61,830 bases of DNA from Candidatus Fervidifonticultor quintus (GTDB taxonomy: Bacteria > Sysuimicrobiota > Sysuimicrobiia > Sysuimicrobiales > Humicultoraceae): the NCBI GenBank assembly GCA_031459535.1, contig JAVKIJ010000002.1:1-61830 (forward strand), read 5' to 3'. This document shows, piece after piece, positions 19,422 through 29,482 of this stretch. How positions within the stretch are numbered: the first letter of the stretch is position 1; each line of letters opens with the position of its first letter. The notes under the pieces are model-generated. The model made no database searches. It worked only from the letters and a program-made list of their open reading frames with translations, and was not told the origin of the DNA. The position numbers and the translations under genes were made by a program.

Positions 19422-19451
19422 ATTATAGAAGCCGGGAAAAACCAGCGTCAA
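19422..19451 (-). promoter_or_regulatory. Sigma-70 promoter of tRNA-Val (probably reads into GT gene 1)
   Basis: TTGACG-N18-TATAAT on the minus strand. Confidence 0.85.
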
Positions 19452-19458
19452 GGAACCC

Positions 19459-20169
19459 GTGTCCGCTTCACGCGCGCTCGCGTCGCTCAACGCCGCCGTC
19501 ATCGCCTGCCGCCGGTGCCCGCGCCTGGTCGCTCACCGCGAGGCCGTCGCGCGCCGCCGCAAGCCGCAGTTCGCCTCGTGGGAGTACTGGGGTCGGCCAG
19601 TACCCGGGATCGGCGACCCCAGGGCGCGGGTGCTGTTGGTGGGCCTCGCCCCGGCCGCGCACGGCGCCAACCGCACCGGCCGGATGTTCACCGGTGACGG
19701 ATCGGGCGACTTCCTGACCCCGGCGCTGTACCGGGCGGGACTCGTCTCGCAGCCCACCTCGACCAGCCGGAACGACGGGCTCCGCTATCGGGGCGTCTAT
19801 CTCGCTGCCGCCGCCCGTTGCGCCCCGCCCGATAACATGCCGCTCCCGTCCGAACTGGAGAACTGCCGGCAGTACCTGCAGCGCGAGTTGGCGCTACTGC
19901 GACATGTGCGCGTGGTCGTTGCCCTGGGCGGCGTGGCCCACACCGCGGTCCTGCGGGCCGCCGAGGCTCTGGGGTGGCGGGTACCGAGGCCGCTGCCTCG
20001 CTTTGCCCACGGCGCGCGCGCCCCGCTCGCCCGGCCCAACGGCCGCGTGGTTGTACTCCTCGACTCCTACCATCCTAGCCGCCAGAATACCCAGACGGGC
20101 CGGCTGACCGCTCCGATGCTGGACCGGATCATGCGCACCGCGGCGGCCCTGGCGACGCGGCGGCCCTGA
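19459..20169 (+). CDS. udgB: Uracil-DNA glycosylase family 5 (UdgB-like, 4Fe-4S)
   Basis: CRRCPRL, GLAPAAHGANRTGRMFTGD, CAPPDN, YHPSRQNTQTG. Confidence 0.92.
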   Translation: MSASRALASLNAAVIACRRCPRLVAHREAVARRRKPQFASWEYWGRPVPGIGDPRARVLLVGLAPAAHGANRTGRMFTGDGSGDFLTPALYRAGLVSQPTSTSRNDGLRYRGVYLAAAARCAPPDNMPLPSELENCRQYLQRELALLRHVRVVVALGGVAHTAVLRAAEALGWRVPRPLPRFAHGARAPLARPNGRVVVLLDSYHPSRQNTQTGRLTAPMLDRIMRTAAALATRRP

Positions 20170-21611
20170 TGCAGCGCGACCTGCGCGGTGCCAGCGGTCA
20201 CGGGCGTGCACTGCTGGCCATTCTGGCGGTCTCCACCCTGGTACGGCTGCTGGCCGCTCGTTCCATCCCGTTGCTCGACGACGAAGCACACTACTGGGTC
20301 TGGTCCCGCCACCTCATGTGGGGCTATCCCGATCACCCCCCCATGATCGCGGGTCTCGTGGCGCTCGGCACTCGATTGGCCGGCGACAGTGTCCTCGGCG
20401 TGCGTCTGATGTCAGTCATCTATGGTACGGCCAGCACCCTGGCGATCTACGCGCTGACCGCGCGGCTCTTCTCCGCTCGCGCGGGGCTGCGGGCTGCGCT
20501 GCTGTTCCAGGCGCTGCCGGCGTTTGCGGCGGGCGGCGTCATGGCCGCGCCCGACGCCGCGCTGGGCCTGTACTGGCTGCTGGCCATGCTGTGGGGCTGG
20601 ATGGCCATCGTCGAAGGCGCCGGGTGGGCTTGGCCCGCGGTCGGCGCCGTGGCGGGCCTGGTGGTGCAGTCCAAGCTCGCAGGGGGCGCGCTGGTGTTGT
20701 CACTGGCCGGAATCGTGCTGACCTCGCGCGCCTATCGCCGTTGGCTGCTGCGGCCGGGTCCCTATCTCGCGGTGCTGGTGGGCGGCGTGGTCATAGCCCC
20801 GCTGGTCGGGTGGAATCTGACACACGACTGGGCGACGGTCAGGCGTGCCCTCGTCATCGACCCCTGGGTGCATCCGGTTGGCGCCCTGGGCAATGTAGCC
20901 GCTCTCGTGGGCTCCCAGTTCCTCTACTACGCACCGCTGGGATTCCCCATCGCCCTGGCTGGCCTGATCGCGGCGGCCCGCGCACGACGGGACGAACGAT
21001 TCCGCTTCCTGTGGTGGTGTGCGGCGCCGACGCTGCTGATCGTCCTGCTCGGAAGCGTCCGCGCCCTCTCGAAGCCGCACTACACCGGCCCGGCATTGGT
21101 ATCCGGCATCATCACCGCTGCGGCCCTGTGGCCCCGCTGGCGTCTGCAGCGGCTGCTCCGCGTGGGCGTCGCCACTAGTGCGGCGCTCACGGTGCTGGCG
21201 CTCGTCATCTCCACGGTGCCCAATCCGCTGCTCGGGGCACTCCTTCAGGAAACGCGCGCCTGGCCCCGTGTCGCGCGGGAGGTCGAGCGTCTCGTGCCAC
21301 TGCTGGGGCGGCCAGGCGAGGTGTTCCTGCTGGCGGAAACCTACCAGGGCGGTAGCCAGATCGCGTTTGCGACCGGCAACCGGATCCCGGTCGTCGTGCC
21401 GTTTCGCGGCTTCGACCTGTGGGAACCACCCTCGCGCTGGATCGGACGCAACGGAGTGCTGATCGACCACCTTGGCGGTGAGATCTCCAGCGCCCTGATG
21501 GCGGCGTTCGCGCGGGTCGAAGGCCCCCACGTGGTGCCGGTGGGCCCGGGCGTCGCAGTCCGCCTCTATCTGGGCATCGGGTTCCGCGGCCTCGGGTCGT
21601 CTCGTCCGTAA
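20169..21611 (+). CDS. GT-C glycosyltransferase (ArnT/PMT-like) 2
   Basis: DDEAHYWVWSRHL..YPDHPP; multi-TM. Confidence 0.88.
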   Translation: MQRDLRGASGHGRALLAILAVSTLVRLLAARSIPLLDDEAHYWVWSRHLMWGYPDHPPMIAGLVALGTRLAGDSVLGVRLMSVIYGTASTLAIYALTARLFSARAGLRAALLFQALPAFAAGGVMAAPDAALGLYWLLAMLWGWMAIVEGAGWAWPAVGAVAGLVVQSKLAGGALVLSLAGIVLTSRAYRRWLLRPGPYLAVLVGGVVIAPLVGWNLTHDWATVRRALVIDPWVHPVGALGNVAALVGSQFLYYAPLGFPIALAGLIAAARARRDERFRFLWWCAAPTLLIVLLGSVRALSKPHYTGPALVSGIITAAALWPRWRLQRLLRVGVATSAALTVLALVISTVPNPLLGALLQETRAWPRVAREVERLVPLLGRPGEVFLLAETYQGGSQIAFATGNRIPVVVPFRGFDLWEPPSRWIGRNGVLIDHLGGEISSALMAAFARVEGPHVVPVGPGVAVRLYLGIGFRGLGSSRP

Positions 21612-21654
21612 CCGGGCGATGGTGAGGCCGGCAGCCCCTCGTGGCCTGCCGTCG

Positions 21655-22188
21655 CTAGTGGCCCGCCGCGGCGGCCTGGGCCTGCGGGCCGCGGTAGAGG
21701 TTGGCCGTCGTGATGGTCACCACCTCGAGCGCCAGCGCCAGGTCCTCCGCGCGCTCAGCAACCATAGTGGCCAGCGCGCCTGGATGGTGCCGCGTTGGCG
21801 CCCCGCGGCCGTACGGCGCGTCCAGCGAGGCCCTCTCCAGATGCTGCAGCCATTCCCGGAGCACAGTGAGGGCCGCCAGGGTGAGCTGTGCGCCCTGGTC
21901 CACGGCCGCGTGCCCGGCCCGGACGGCCTCGATCGCGCTCCCAGCCGCTGCGGCCAGCGCGTGTTCGTCTGCGGCCCGCTCACCCGCGGCGCGCTGGATG
22001 GCGATGACGGTCTGCTCGATCTCTTCCAGGGCCGATGACAGGCCGGGTGACGGCTGCGGCCGCTGACCGGTGACCGGGTGGTACCGCAGTCCGCGCGCGT
22101 GCCTGCGGATGACCACCGCGGCCTCCCGGAGCCTCCGGGCCTGGGCGGCTGCGGCAGCCGCCCTCGCATCAGGGGAATGGGGGCTCAT
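21655..22188 (-). CDS. Hypothetical alanine-rich helical protein
   Basis: Single ORF filling the intergenic gap; no recognised motif. Confidence 0.55.
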   Translation of the reverse strand: MSPHSPDARAAAAAAQARRLREAAVVIRRHARGLRYHPVTGQRPQPSPGLSSALEEIEQTVIAIQRAAGERAADEHALAAAAGSAIEAVRAGHAAVDQGAQLTLAALTVLREWLQHLERASLDAPYGRGAPTRHHPGALATMVAERAEDLALALEVVTITTANLYRGPQAQAAAAGH

Positions 22189-22256
22189 TGTCGAAACCTG
22201 AGGTATCGTAGCATCCCAGTGCGGCCGGCAGCAACGGGACCGGCCAGGAGGGCAAG

Positions 22257-23198
22257 ATGGCCTGGAGGCAGACGCTGGAGGCGTGGGAACTGTTGGACTC
22301 GGCGCATGCCACGGGTGAGCGGGTGGCGGCCCGGCTGCGGGATCGAGGCGCGCAGTGTCAGGTGACGACCATCAGCGGCGAGCGGGGGGCCACCGATTTC
22401 GTGCGCGCCTTCTTCCCGGGCAGCCGCGGCGCGAGCAGCGGGGGCCGGGCGCGCACGCTCGGGATCATCGGGCGGCTGGGCGGGATCGGTGCGCGACCCG
22501 ACCGGATCGGTCTGGTCTCGGATGCTGACGGTGCCGTGACCGCGGTCGCCTGCGCGCTCAAGGTCGCGGATATGCGCAGGGAGGGCGATCCACTCCCGGG
22601 CGACCTGATCATCGCCACGCACATCTGCCCCCAGGCCTTCATCCAGCAGACGCCGACCGTCCCCATGATGATGTCGCCGGTGGACATCGCGACGATGAAC
22701 GCCCACGAGGTCGATCCCGCCATGGACGCCGTGCTCTCCATCGACACGACCCGCGGCAATCGCGTGATCAACCACAAAGGGGTAGCCATCACGCTGCCGG
22801 TCAAAGAGGGCTACATCCTGCGGGCGCACGACTCGGTGCTCGACATTCTCCAGTGGGTCACGGGGCTTCCCCCGGTGATCGTGCCGCTGGCCACGCAGGA
22901 CATCACCCCCTACGGCACCGGCCTGAGACACATCAACAGCATCGTGCAGCCGTCGGTGGCCACCGCCGCTCCGGTGATCGGCGTGGCGCTGACCGCAGTG
23001 GTGGCGGTGCCAGGCTCGGCCACGGGCGCCAGCCAGGCGACCGACTGCGAGACCGCGGTGCGCTTCTGCCTGGAGGTCGCCAAAGCGTTTGGAGACGGGG
23101 CGTGCGAGTTCTATGACGATAAAGAGTACGAGGAACTCGTGGCGCGGTACGGCCCGATGCGCCACCTACAGACGCTCGGGCACGCGAGTGCCCGGTAG
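22257..23198 (+). CDS. DUF1177 family protein
   Basis: TLGIIGRLGGIGARP..GLVSDADGA, SIDTTRGNR, QDITPYG..HINSI. Confidence 0.88.
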   Translation: MAWRQTLEAWELLDSAHATGERVAARLRDRGAQCQVTTISGERGATDFVRAFFPGSRGASSGGRARTLGIIGRLGGIGARPDRIGLVSDADGAVTAVACALKVADMRREGDPLPGDLIIATHICPQAFIQQTPTVPMMMSPVDIATMNAHEVDPAMDAVLSIDTTRGNRVINHKGVAITLPVKEGYILRAHDSVLDILQWVTGLPPVIVPLATQDITPYGTGLRHINSIVQPSVATAAPVIGVALTAVVAVPGSATGASQATDCETAVRFCLEVAKAFGDGACEFYDDKEYEELVARYGPMRHLQTLGHASAR

Positions 23199-23222
23199 CC
23201 GCAAGACCTCTTGGGTGATCCT

Positions 23223-24524
23223 ATGATGGCGCGAATCGTCCGATCGTTGGTCCTGCTGGTGGTCCTAGCCGTCACCGTCGTGGGGGCGACGAGGTGGCTC
23301 GCCCGCCGGCCCGCGGCCCAGGAGGCGGCCCCGCCCCCGCAGCGTCCGGCCCCCGCGGTGCGGACTGCCGTCGTGGAGTCTACTCTGCTCGTCGAACAGG
23401 GCAGCTTCCCGGGCGAGGTGCGTGCCTCGGCGACGGCCGACGTGGTCTCCCGGCTCGCCGGGAGGCTCGGCGCGGTGCTCGTGAAGGAAGGCTCGTTTGT
23501 CAGCGCGGGCAGCCTGGTCGCCCGCATCGACGATCCAGAGCTGGAACTGGCGGTCAGACAGGCTGAGGCGGCGCTCCAGTTCCAGCGTGCCCGGCTCGCG
23601 CAATTGACGGCAGGCCCCCGGGCTCCGGAGGTGGCACAGGTCGAGGCCCAGATCGCGCAGCAGGAAGCCGCCCTGGCCCAGGCCGAGCGGGAACTGGCCA
23701 GGACCCAGCAGCTCTTCGCCGACGGGCTCGTCGCCAGAGCGGCCGTGGACCGGGCCCAGACGGAGGTCGATCTGGCGAGAGCGCGCGTGAGGGCCTCCCA
23801 GGAACAGCTCGCCATCGTGAAACAGGGACCGCGGCCCGAGGACGTCGAGGCGCAGATGGCCCAGGTGCGTCAGGCGGAAGTGGCCCTGGCCCAGGCGCGG
23901 GCCCGGTTGCGAGAGCTGCGCATTCTCTCGCCCATCGCCGGCGTCGTAACCAAGGTCAACGTGGAGTCGGGCGCGGTGATCTCTAGCCAGACCGTGATCG
24001 CCACCGTGGCCACCATCCGGCCCATCGAGGTGCACGTACCGCTGCCCGAGACCGATCTGCCCCGTCTGCGCAAGACCAGCCTGGTGCGCATCACCGTCGA
24101 CGCCCTGCCCGGACGCTGGTTCGAGGGCAGGATCGCCCGGGTGGCGCCGGCCCTGGATCCGGCCTCCCGCAGCGCCCGCCTCGTGGTGGTGGTGCCCAAC
24201 GCCGACCTGGCCCTGCGGCCCGGCATGTTCGCCCGGGCCACCGTGGTGTTCGACGAGCGGCGGGGGATCATGATCCCTTCCGATGTGATCGTCCTCCGCA
24301 GGCAGACATCGGTGGTCTTCGTGGTCAAGGGTGATACAGTTGAAGAGCGGGCGGTCAAGATCGGCTATATCGAGGGCAACCGCTCCGAGGTTGTCGAGGG
24401 CCTGCGTGTCGGGGAATCTATCGTCGTGGTGGGGCAGCAGGGCCTGCGAGACGGCATGAAGGTCCGCACCGGCGGGCCACCGGGATCGGCTCCCTCGCCG
24501 GTGCAGGGGGCACCGCGGCCATGA
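23223..24524 (+). CDS. RND efflux membrane fusion (periplasmic adaptor) protein
   Basis: N-terminal TM, lipoyl halves, long alpha-hairpin, LRPGMFARA. Confidence 0.92.
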   Translation: MMARIVRSLVLLVVLAVTVVGATRWLARRPAAQEAAPPPQRPAPAVRTAVVESTLLVEQGSFPGEVRASATADVVSRLAGRLGAVLVKEGSFVSAGSLVARIDDPELELAVRQAEAALQFQRARLAQLTAGPRAPEVAQVEAQIAQQEAALAQAERELARTQQLFADGLVARAAVDRAQTEVDLARARVRASQEQLAIVKQGPRPEDVEAQMAQVRQAEVALAQARARLRELRILSPIAGVVTKVNVESGAVISSQTVIATVATIRPIEVHVPLPETDLPRLRKTSLVRITVDALPGRWFEGRIARVAPALDPASRSARLVVVVPNADLALRPGMFARATVVFDERRGIMIPSDVIVLRRQTSVVFVVKGDTVEERAVKIGYIEGNRSEVVEGLRVGESIVVVGQQGLRDGMKVRTGGPPGSAPSPVQGAPRP

Positions 24525-27500
24525 ACATCTCGCGCTTCGCGATCAACAGACCGATCACGACGGCGATGGTCTTCCTGGCCATCGCGTTCCTGGGTCTTGT
24601 CTCCTTCTCCCGCCTGCCGATCGACCTGTTGCCGGACATCTCCTTCCCCACGCTGTCGGTCTCGACGCCGTACCAGGGGGCCGGACCCCAGGAAGTGGAA
24701 CGCGAGGTCACGATTCCGCTGGAGAACGCCCTGGCTACGGTGCCGGGCGTCACCGAGATCTTCTCTACCTCCCAGGAGGGCCGCAGCAGCATCTCCCTGC
24801 GTTTCCCCTGGGGCACCGATCTGGACGCCGCGGCCAATGACGTGCGCCCCGCCATCGACCGGGTACGGAGCCGTCTACCCGAGGGCGCCGACATACCGCG
24901 CATCTTCAAGTTCGACCCCAACGCGTTCCCCATCGTCCTGCTGGGCATCGAGGCGCGCGGTGACCTGGCCACCCTGCGTGACCTGGCCGAGAACGAGATC
25001 AAGCCCAGGCTCGAGCAGGTCGAGGGCGTGGCCAACGTGGACGTGCGCGGCGCGCGCGCGAGAGAGATCCGGGTGGAACTGGACCGGGCGCGGCTCGAGG
25101 CCCTGGGGGTCTCCGCCGGCGAAGTCACCAAGGCGCTGGAGGCAGAGAGCACCGTCGACCCGGGTGGCGACGTGCGGGTAGGCAGCCAGCGACGCATCGT
25201 CCGGACCGTGGGCCGGTTCACCTCCCTGGAGCACATCGCGCAGACCGTGGTCGCTACCCGCCAGGGTGTGCCCGTCCGCGTGATGAACATTGCCACCGTA
25301 CGCGACACTTTCGAGGACGCCACCTCGATCACCCGCCTCAACGGTCGCCCGTCTATTGTCATTGCGGTCAGCAAGCGGTCTGGCACCAACACGGTGGCCG
25401 TCGCCCAGCGCGTCTTCCGCGTGGTTGAGGAACTCAACGAGCAATTCCCGCAGGCCCGGATGACCACCATCAACGACGGCTCCAGGTTCATCCGTCGCTC
25501 GATTGACAACGTCCGGTTCGCGGCCATGCTGGGCAGCGTTCTGACCATGGGCGTGCTGCTGTTCTTCCTGCGCAATGTCAGCAGCACGCTGATCATCTCC
25601 ACGGCCATCCCGCTGTCCATCCTGGCCACGGTATTGCTCATGTTCTGGGGCGGGCTCACGCTCAACCTGATCACCTTTGGCGGACTGGCCCTGGCCATCG
25701 GCATGCTGGTGGACAGCGCCATCGTGGTGCTGGAGAACATCTTCCGCCACCGCGAGGAGGGCCAGCCGGCCCGCATTGCCGCCGAGGACGCCACGCGAGA
25801 GGTCGGCACGGCCATCATGGCCAGCACGCTGACCACCGTCGTCGTCTTCCTCCCCATGTTCTTCACCACCGGCATCGCCAGCGTCATGTTCCGGCCGCTG
25901 GCCTACGTGGTCACCGTGGCGCTGCTGTGCTCGCTGGTCGTGGCGTTGACCCTGATCCCGTCGCTCTCCTCTCGCGCCCTCATCATGGGCCACGGCCGCG
26001 GTGCCGCCGGCCGCGTCGCCACCGTGCTCGAGCGTGCCCTGGTTAGGATCGAGGACGCCTATCGACGGCTGGTGGAAATCGTGGTACGGCGGCCAGCCCT
26101 GGTCATCGTGCCCTCGCTGGCCCTCATGATCGTGGCCTGGTCGGCCCTGCCCCTGATCGGGCGCGAGACCTTCCCGCCCGCGGACGAGCGGGAGTTCTTC
26201 ACGATCGTACAGATGCCGCGGGGCACGGCGTTGGAGGTCACAGATGGCGTGGCACGGCGGATTGAGCGCACGCTGCTGGAGGAGACGCCCGGGATTACCC
26301 GATTGACCACCTTCGTGGGCGGTGGGTTCGGCCCGGGCGGCTCGCACGTCGTCAACTTCCGCGCCACCCTGGCCCCGGATGCCCCGTCCACGCAGGAGAT
26401 GATCAACCGGCTCCGCCGCACGCTCCGAATCACCGGCGCTACCGTCGTCTATCGACCGTTCACGTCTCTGTTCTTCTTCCGCACGCCCGACCCGATCAGC
26501 ATCGACGTCCGTGGGTTCGATCTTGAGACCGGCAACGCCGTGGCGCGGCGGCTGCGGGGCGTTCTCGAGACCGTACCCGGCGTCGTCGATGTCCAGGTCA
26601 GCCGCGAGGAGAGTGCCGAGGAGTTCTCGCTCCAGGTGGATCCCATCAAGGCGTCAACCTTCGGCACCACGGCCAGCCAGGTGGCGGCGGCGGTCAGGAC
26701 CTACGTCGGGGGCACCACCGCCGCGCTCTTCCGCGTCGGCGGAGAAGATGTCAACGTGGTTGTGCGGCTACGGGAGGCAGACCGTGCCACACCTGACACC
26801 CTGGCCAACCTGCCGATCAGCACGCCCCGGGGCATCGTCCCGCTCCGCCAGCTGGCGCAGATCACCGGGACACCGGGACCGTTGCAGATCCAGCGGCGCA
26901 ATCGCGAGCGGATTATCACGCTCACCGGCAACATCGCAGGCCGCGACGTCGGGGCGGCGATCCGGGACGTCCGGCAGGCCGTGCTGGCCCAGCGGCTGCC
27001 GCCCGGATTCTCCGTGGCTTTCGGCGGCGAGTTCGAAGACCAGCAAGAGTCGTTCGGTCAGCTCCTCTGGGGATTCCTGATGTCCCTGGTGCTGGTCTAC
27101 ATGGTGATGGCATCGCAGTTCGAGCGGCTGCTCGAGCCCTTCCTGATCATGGCGGCTGTGCCGTTCGCGCTGGTGGGCGTCATCGCTGCCCTGGTGCTGA
27201 CCGGGACCACGCTGAACGTCCAGTCTGGCCTGGGCGCCATCGTCTTGATCGGCGTCGCCGTCAACAACGGCATCGTCCTGATCACCTACGCCCTGCAGCT
27301 CCAGGATGACGGGGTGCCCCTGCGCGAGGCGCTGGCCCGGGCCGGCCAGCGGCGACTCCGACCGATCCTGATGACCACGCTCACCACCGTCTTCGGCCTC
27401 CTCCCGCTGGCGATCGGCATCGGCGAAGGCTCCGAGCTGCAGCGGCCGCTGGCGCGGTCGATCGTGGGCGGGCTGGTCACTTCGACGATCGGGAGCCTCT

Positions 27501-27625
27501 TGCTGATCCCGGCGATGTACATGGTGCTGGATCAGGCGGTGCGCTGGGTCCGCAACCGTCGGGAGGCGCCGGCCCTGGCGGAAGGGCCAGCGGAGGGCGT
27601 GGCGGAGGGCACAGACGGGAAGTAG
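24521..27625 (+). CDS. RND efflux permease (AcrB/MdtBC family)
   Basis: 1034 aa; GMLVDSAIVVLENI, RLRPILMTT. Confidence 0.95.
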   Translation: MNISRFAINRPITTAMVFLAIAFLGLVSFSRLPIDLLPDISFPTLSVSTPYQGAGPQEVEREVTIPLENALATVPGVTEIFSTSQEGRSSISLRFPWGTDLDAAANDVRPAIDRVRSRLPEGADIPRIFKFDPNAFPIVLLGIEARGDLATLRDLAENEIKPRLEQVEGVANVDVRGARAREIRVELDRARLEALGVSAGEVTKALEAESTVDPGGDVRVGSQRRIVRTVGRFTSLEHIAQTVVATRQGVPVRVMNIATVRDTFEDATSITRLNGRPSIVIAVSKRSGTNTVAVAQRVFRVVEELNEQFPQARMTTINDGSRFIRRSIDNVRFAAMLGSVLTMGVLLFFLRNVSSTLIISTAIPLSILATVLLMFWGGLTLNLITFGGLALAIGMLVDSAIVVLENIFRHREEGQPARIAAEDATREVGTAIMASTLTTVVVFLPMFFTTGIASVMFRPLAYVVTVALLCSLVVALTLIPSLSSRALIMGHGRGAAGRVATVLERALVRIEDAYRRLVEIVVRRPALVIVPSLALMIVAWSALPLIGRETFPPADEREFFTIVQMPRGTALEVTDGVARRIERTLLEETPGITRLTTFVGGGFGPGGSHVVNFRATLAPDAPSTQEMINRLRRTLRITGATVVYRPFTSLFFFRTPDPISIDVRGFDLETGNAVARRLRGVLETVPGVVDVQVSREESAEEFSLQVDPIKASTFGTTASQVAAAVRTYVGGTTAALFRVGGEDVNVVVRLREADRATPDTLANLPISTPRGIVPLRQLAQITGTPGPLQIQRRNRERIITLTGNIAGRDVGAAIRDVRQAVLAQRLPPGFSVAFGGEFEDQQESFGQLLWGFLMSLVLVYMVMASQFERLLEPFLIMAAVPFALVGVIAALVLTGTTLNVQSGLGAIVLIGVAVNNGIVLITYALQLQDDGVPLREALARAGQRRLRPILMTTLTTVFGLLPLAIGIGEGSELQRPLARSIVGGLVTSTIGSLLLIPAMYMVLDQAVRWVRNRREAPALAEGPAEGVAEGTDGK

Positions 27626-27647
27626 CGCGCAGACCGCTCTTGGGCGG

Positions 27648-28358
27648 TCAGCTCTCGGGCGGATTGCCCGGCGGGAACGCCCGCCCGTCAACGACCAACC
27701 AGACTCCTGCGGTGGCGGCCTCCCGGCCGGCGTCGGCCGTGGCGCGCTCCCCGGCCACCGCCGCCAGCACCGGCACGGCGACGATGCGCTCGAGCAGCCG
27801 CGCCCGGCGTGCCGCCCGTTCCACGTCGCGCGCGTCCATCACCGCGGAGACCTCGGCGACGAGGTAGCACTCTTCGTCGCGATCGCGGGGCCGCCCGCCG
27901 ATGACCACATCAGCCTGCAAGAGATCCGCATGCTCGTCCAGCGAGAGAAGGCCGCGCCCCTCGGCGGCCTCGGCCATCACGGCGAGCTCCGCCCGGGACA
28001 CCGGGTGGATGGCCCGCAGGATCCTCAGGAAGTAGGCGTGCGCTTTCTCGCGGTAGTCGAGCTCGAGCACCCTGCCGCGGACGTCTCCTACGATGCCAGC
28101 GAGACGGGACACCTGGACCACGAGTTCGCTCATGTGCGCGGCCAGGGTATCCACCCGCGCGGTCAGCGCCTCCAGCCGCACGGTCAGGTCATCCACCCGC
28201 GTGGCCAGGGTGTCCACCCGCGCGGTCAGCGTGTCCACCCGCGCGGTCAGCGTGTCCACCCGCGCGGTCAGCGTGCGCAGCTCTGCCTGCGTCTCAGCCT
28301 GGGCCGCGGCCAGCCGCTGGAGAGCCACCTCAAGCCTATCCACGCGCGCTTCCAGCAC
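27648..28358 (-). CDS. Heptad-repeat coiled-coil protein with putative PD-(D/E)XK-like C-terminal domain
   Basis: LTARVDT repeats; C-terminal DVVIGGR..YLVAEVS..DVERAARRA; GTG after GAGGGG. Confidence 0.75.
   Translation of the reverse strand: MLEARVDRLEVALQRLAAAQAETQAELRTLTARVDTLTARVDTLTARVDTLATRVDDLTVRLEALTARVDTLAAHMSELVVQVSRLAGIVGDVRGRVLELDYREKAHAYFLRILRAIHPVSRAELAVMAEAAEGRGLLSLDEHADLLQADVVIGGRPRDRDEECYLVAEVSAVMDARDVERAARRARLLERIVAVPVLAAVAGERATADAGREAATAGVWLVVDGRAFPPGNPPES
28147..28275. repeat. 21-bp coding tandem repeat (3 perfect plus about 3 degenerate copies)
   Basis: GTGTCCACCCGCGCGGTCAGC at 28210, 28231 and 28252. Confidence 0.95.
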
Positions 28359-28438
28359 GTCCGTCCCCTCTAATCTATCGTCGATGCTAGCACACTTGTC
28401 CGGGGGCCGCACCGGGGTGGGCCGCCGGCTGGATCAGT

Positions 28439-29476
28439 TCATCTCGCGACACGCGGCCTCTCGAAGACGAACAGCTTCGCACGACGGATGACGAGGCGCA
28501 CCGGCCCATGGTCCAGCGGCGCCCGGTGGTCCGCCATGAGCACCTCGTCACCGACGCGCACGTAGGCCCGGTAGCCGGCGCCCAGGAACAGCACGTCCAC
28601 CACATCCCCGTCGGCCCAGGCCGCGCCCGGCGGCGGAAGGGCACCCGGAGCGGCCAGCTCGATGTCCTCAGCCCTCGCAATGAGTGTGCTGTGGCCGGAC
28701 GGCCGGATTCGGCCGTCACCATCCACCGCGGCGGCCAGCACATTGGTCGCGCCCAGGAACTCGGCCACGAAAGGATCGGCCGGGCGGGCGTACACCTCCT
28801 CGGGCCGTCCCGCCTGGGCCACCCGGCCGCTGTCCATCACGACCACCACGTCCGCAATGCTCATGGCCTCTTCCTGATCGTGGGTGACGTAGATGGCGGT
28901 AATGCCTGTGCGTCGTTGCAGCGCCCTGATCTCCACCCGCACACGGTGGCGCACCTTGGCGTCCAGATTGGAGAGCGGCTCGTCCAGCAGCAAGACCTTG
29001 GGGCGCACCGCCACGGCGCGGGCCAGGGCCACGCGCTGCTGCTGCCCGCCCGAGAGCTCCCGGGGTCGGCGGCGCTCGATGCCGGGAACGCGGTCCAGTT
29101 CCACCAACTCCAGGGCTTCACGCACGCGCCGGGGGATCTCCGCCGCGGGCACCCGGCGCAACCGCAGCCCGAAGGCCAGGTTCTCATACACGTCCATGTG
29201 CGGCCACAGCGCATAGTTCTGGAACACCATGGCGCAGTCACGCGCCTGAGGAGGCAGGGTGGTGACATCGCGGTCGCCCATCCAGACGCGGCCGCCATCA
29301 GGCGCCACGAACCCGGCCAGACTGCGCAGCAGCGTGGTCTTCCCGCATCCCGAGGGCCCCACGATCACCGTGAGTGCGCCAGAGGGGAACTCTTGCGTCA
29401 CCCCGGCCAGGGCGGTCACGGAGCCGTAGCGCTTGGTCAGGCTCTCGACGCGGACGTCCATCGTCTCACTCCGCAT
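28439..29476 (-). CDS. ABC ATP-binding protein
   Basis: GPSGCGKT, LSGGQQQR, LLDEPLSNLD. Confidence 0.93.
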   Translation of the reverse strand: MRSETMDVRVESLTKRYGSVTALAGVTQEFPSGALTVIVGPSGCGKTTLLRSLAGFVAPDGGRVWMGDRDVTTLPPQARDCAMVFQNYALWPHMDVYENLAFGLRLRRVPAAEIPRRVREALELVELDRVPGIERRRPRELSGGQQQRVALARAVAVRPKVLLLDEPLSNLDAKVRHRVRVEIRALQRRTGITAIYVTHDQEEAMSIADVVVVMDSGRVAQAGRPEEVYARPADPFVAEFLGATNVLAAAVDGDGRIRPSGHSTLIARAEDIELAAPGALPPPGAAWADGDVVDVLFLGAGYRAYVRVGDEVLMADHRAPLDHGPVRLVIRRAKLFVFERPRVAR

Positions 29477-29482
29477 CCGTCC

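Noticed and set aside
28147-28275. Direct repeats as a possible CRISPR array
   Set aside because: Contiguous 21-bp units with no spacers, in frame within a CDS; no cas genes
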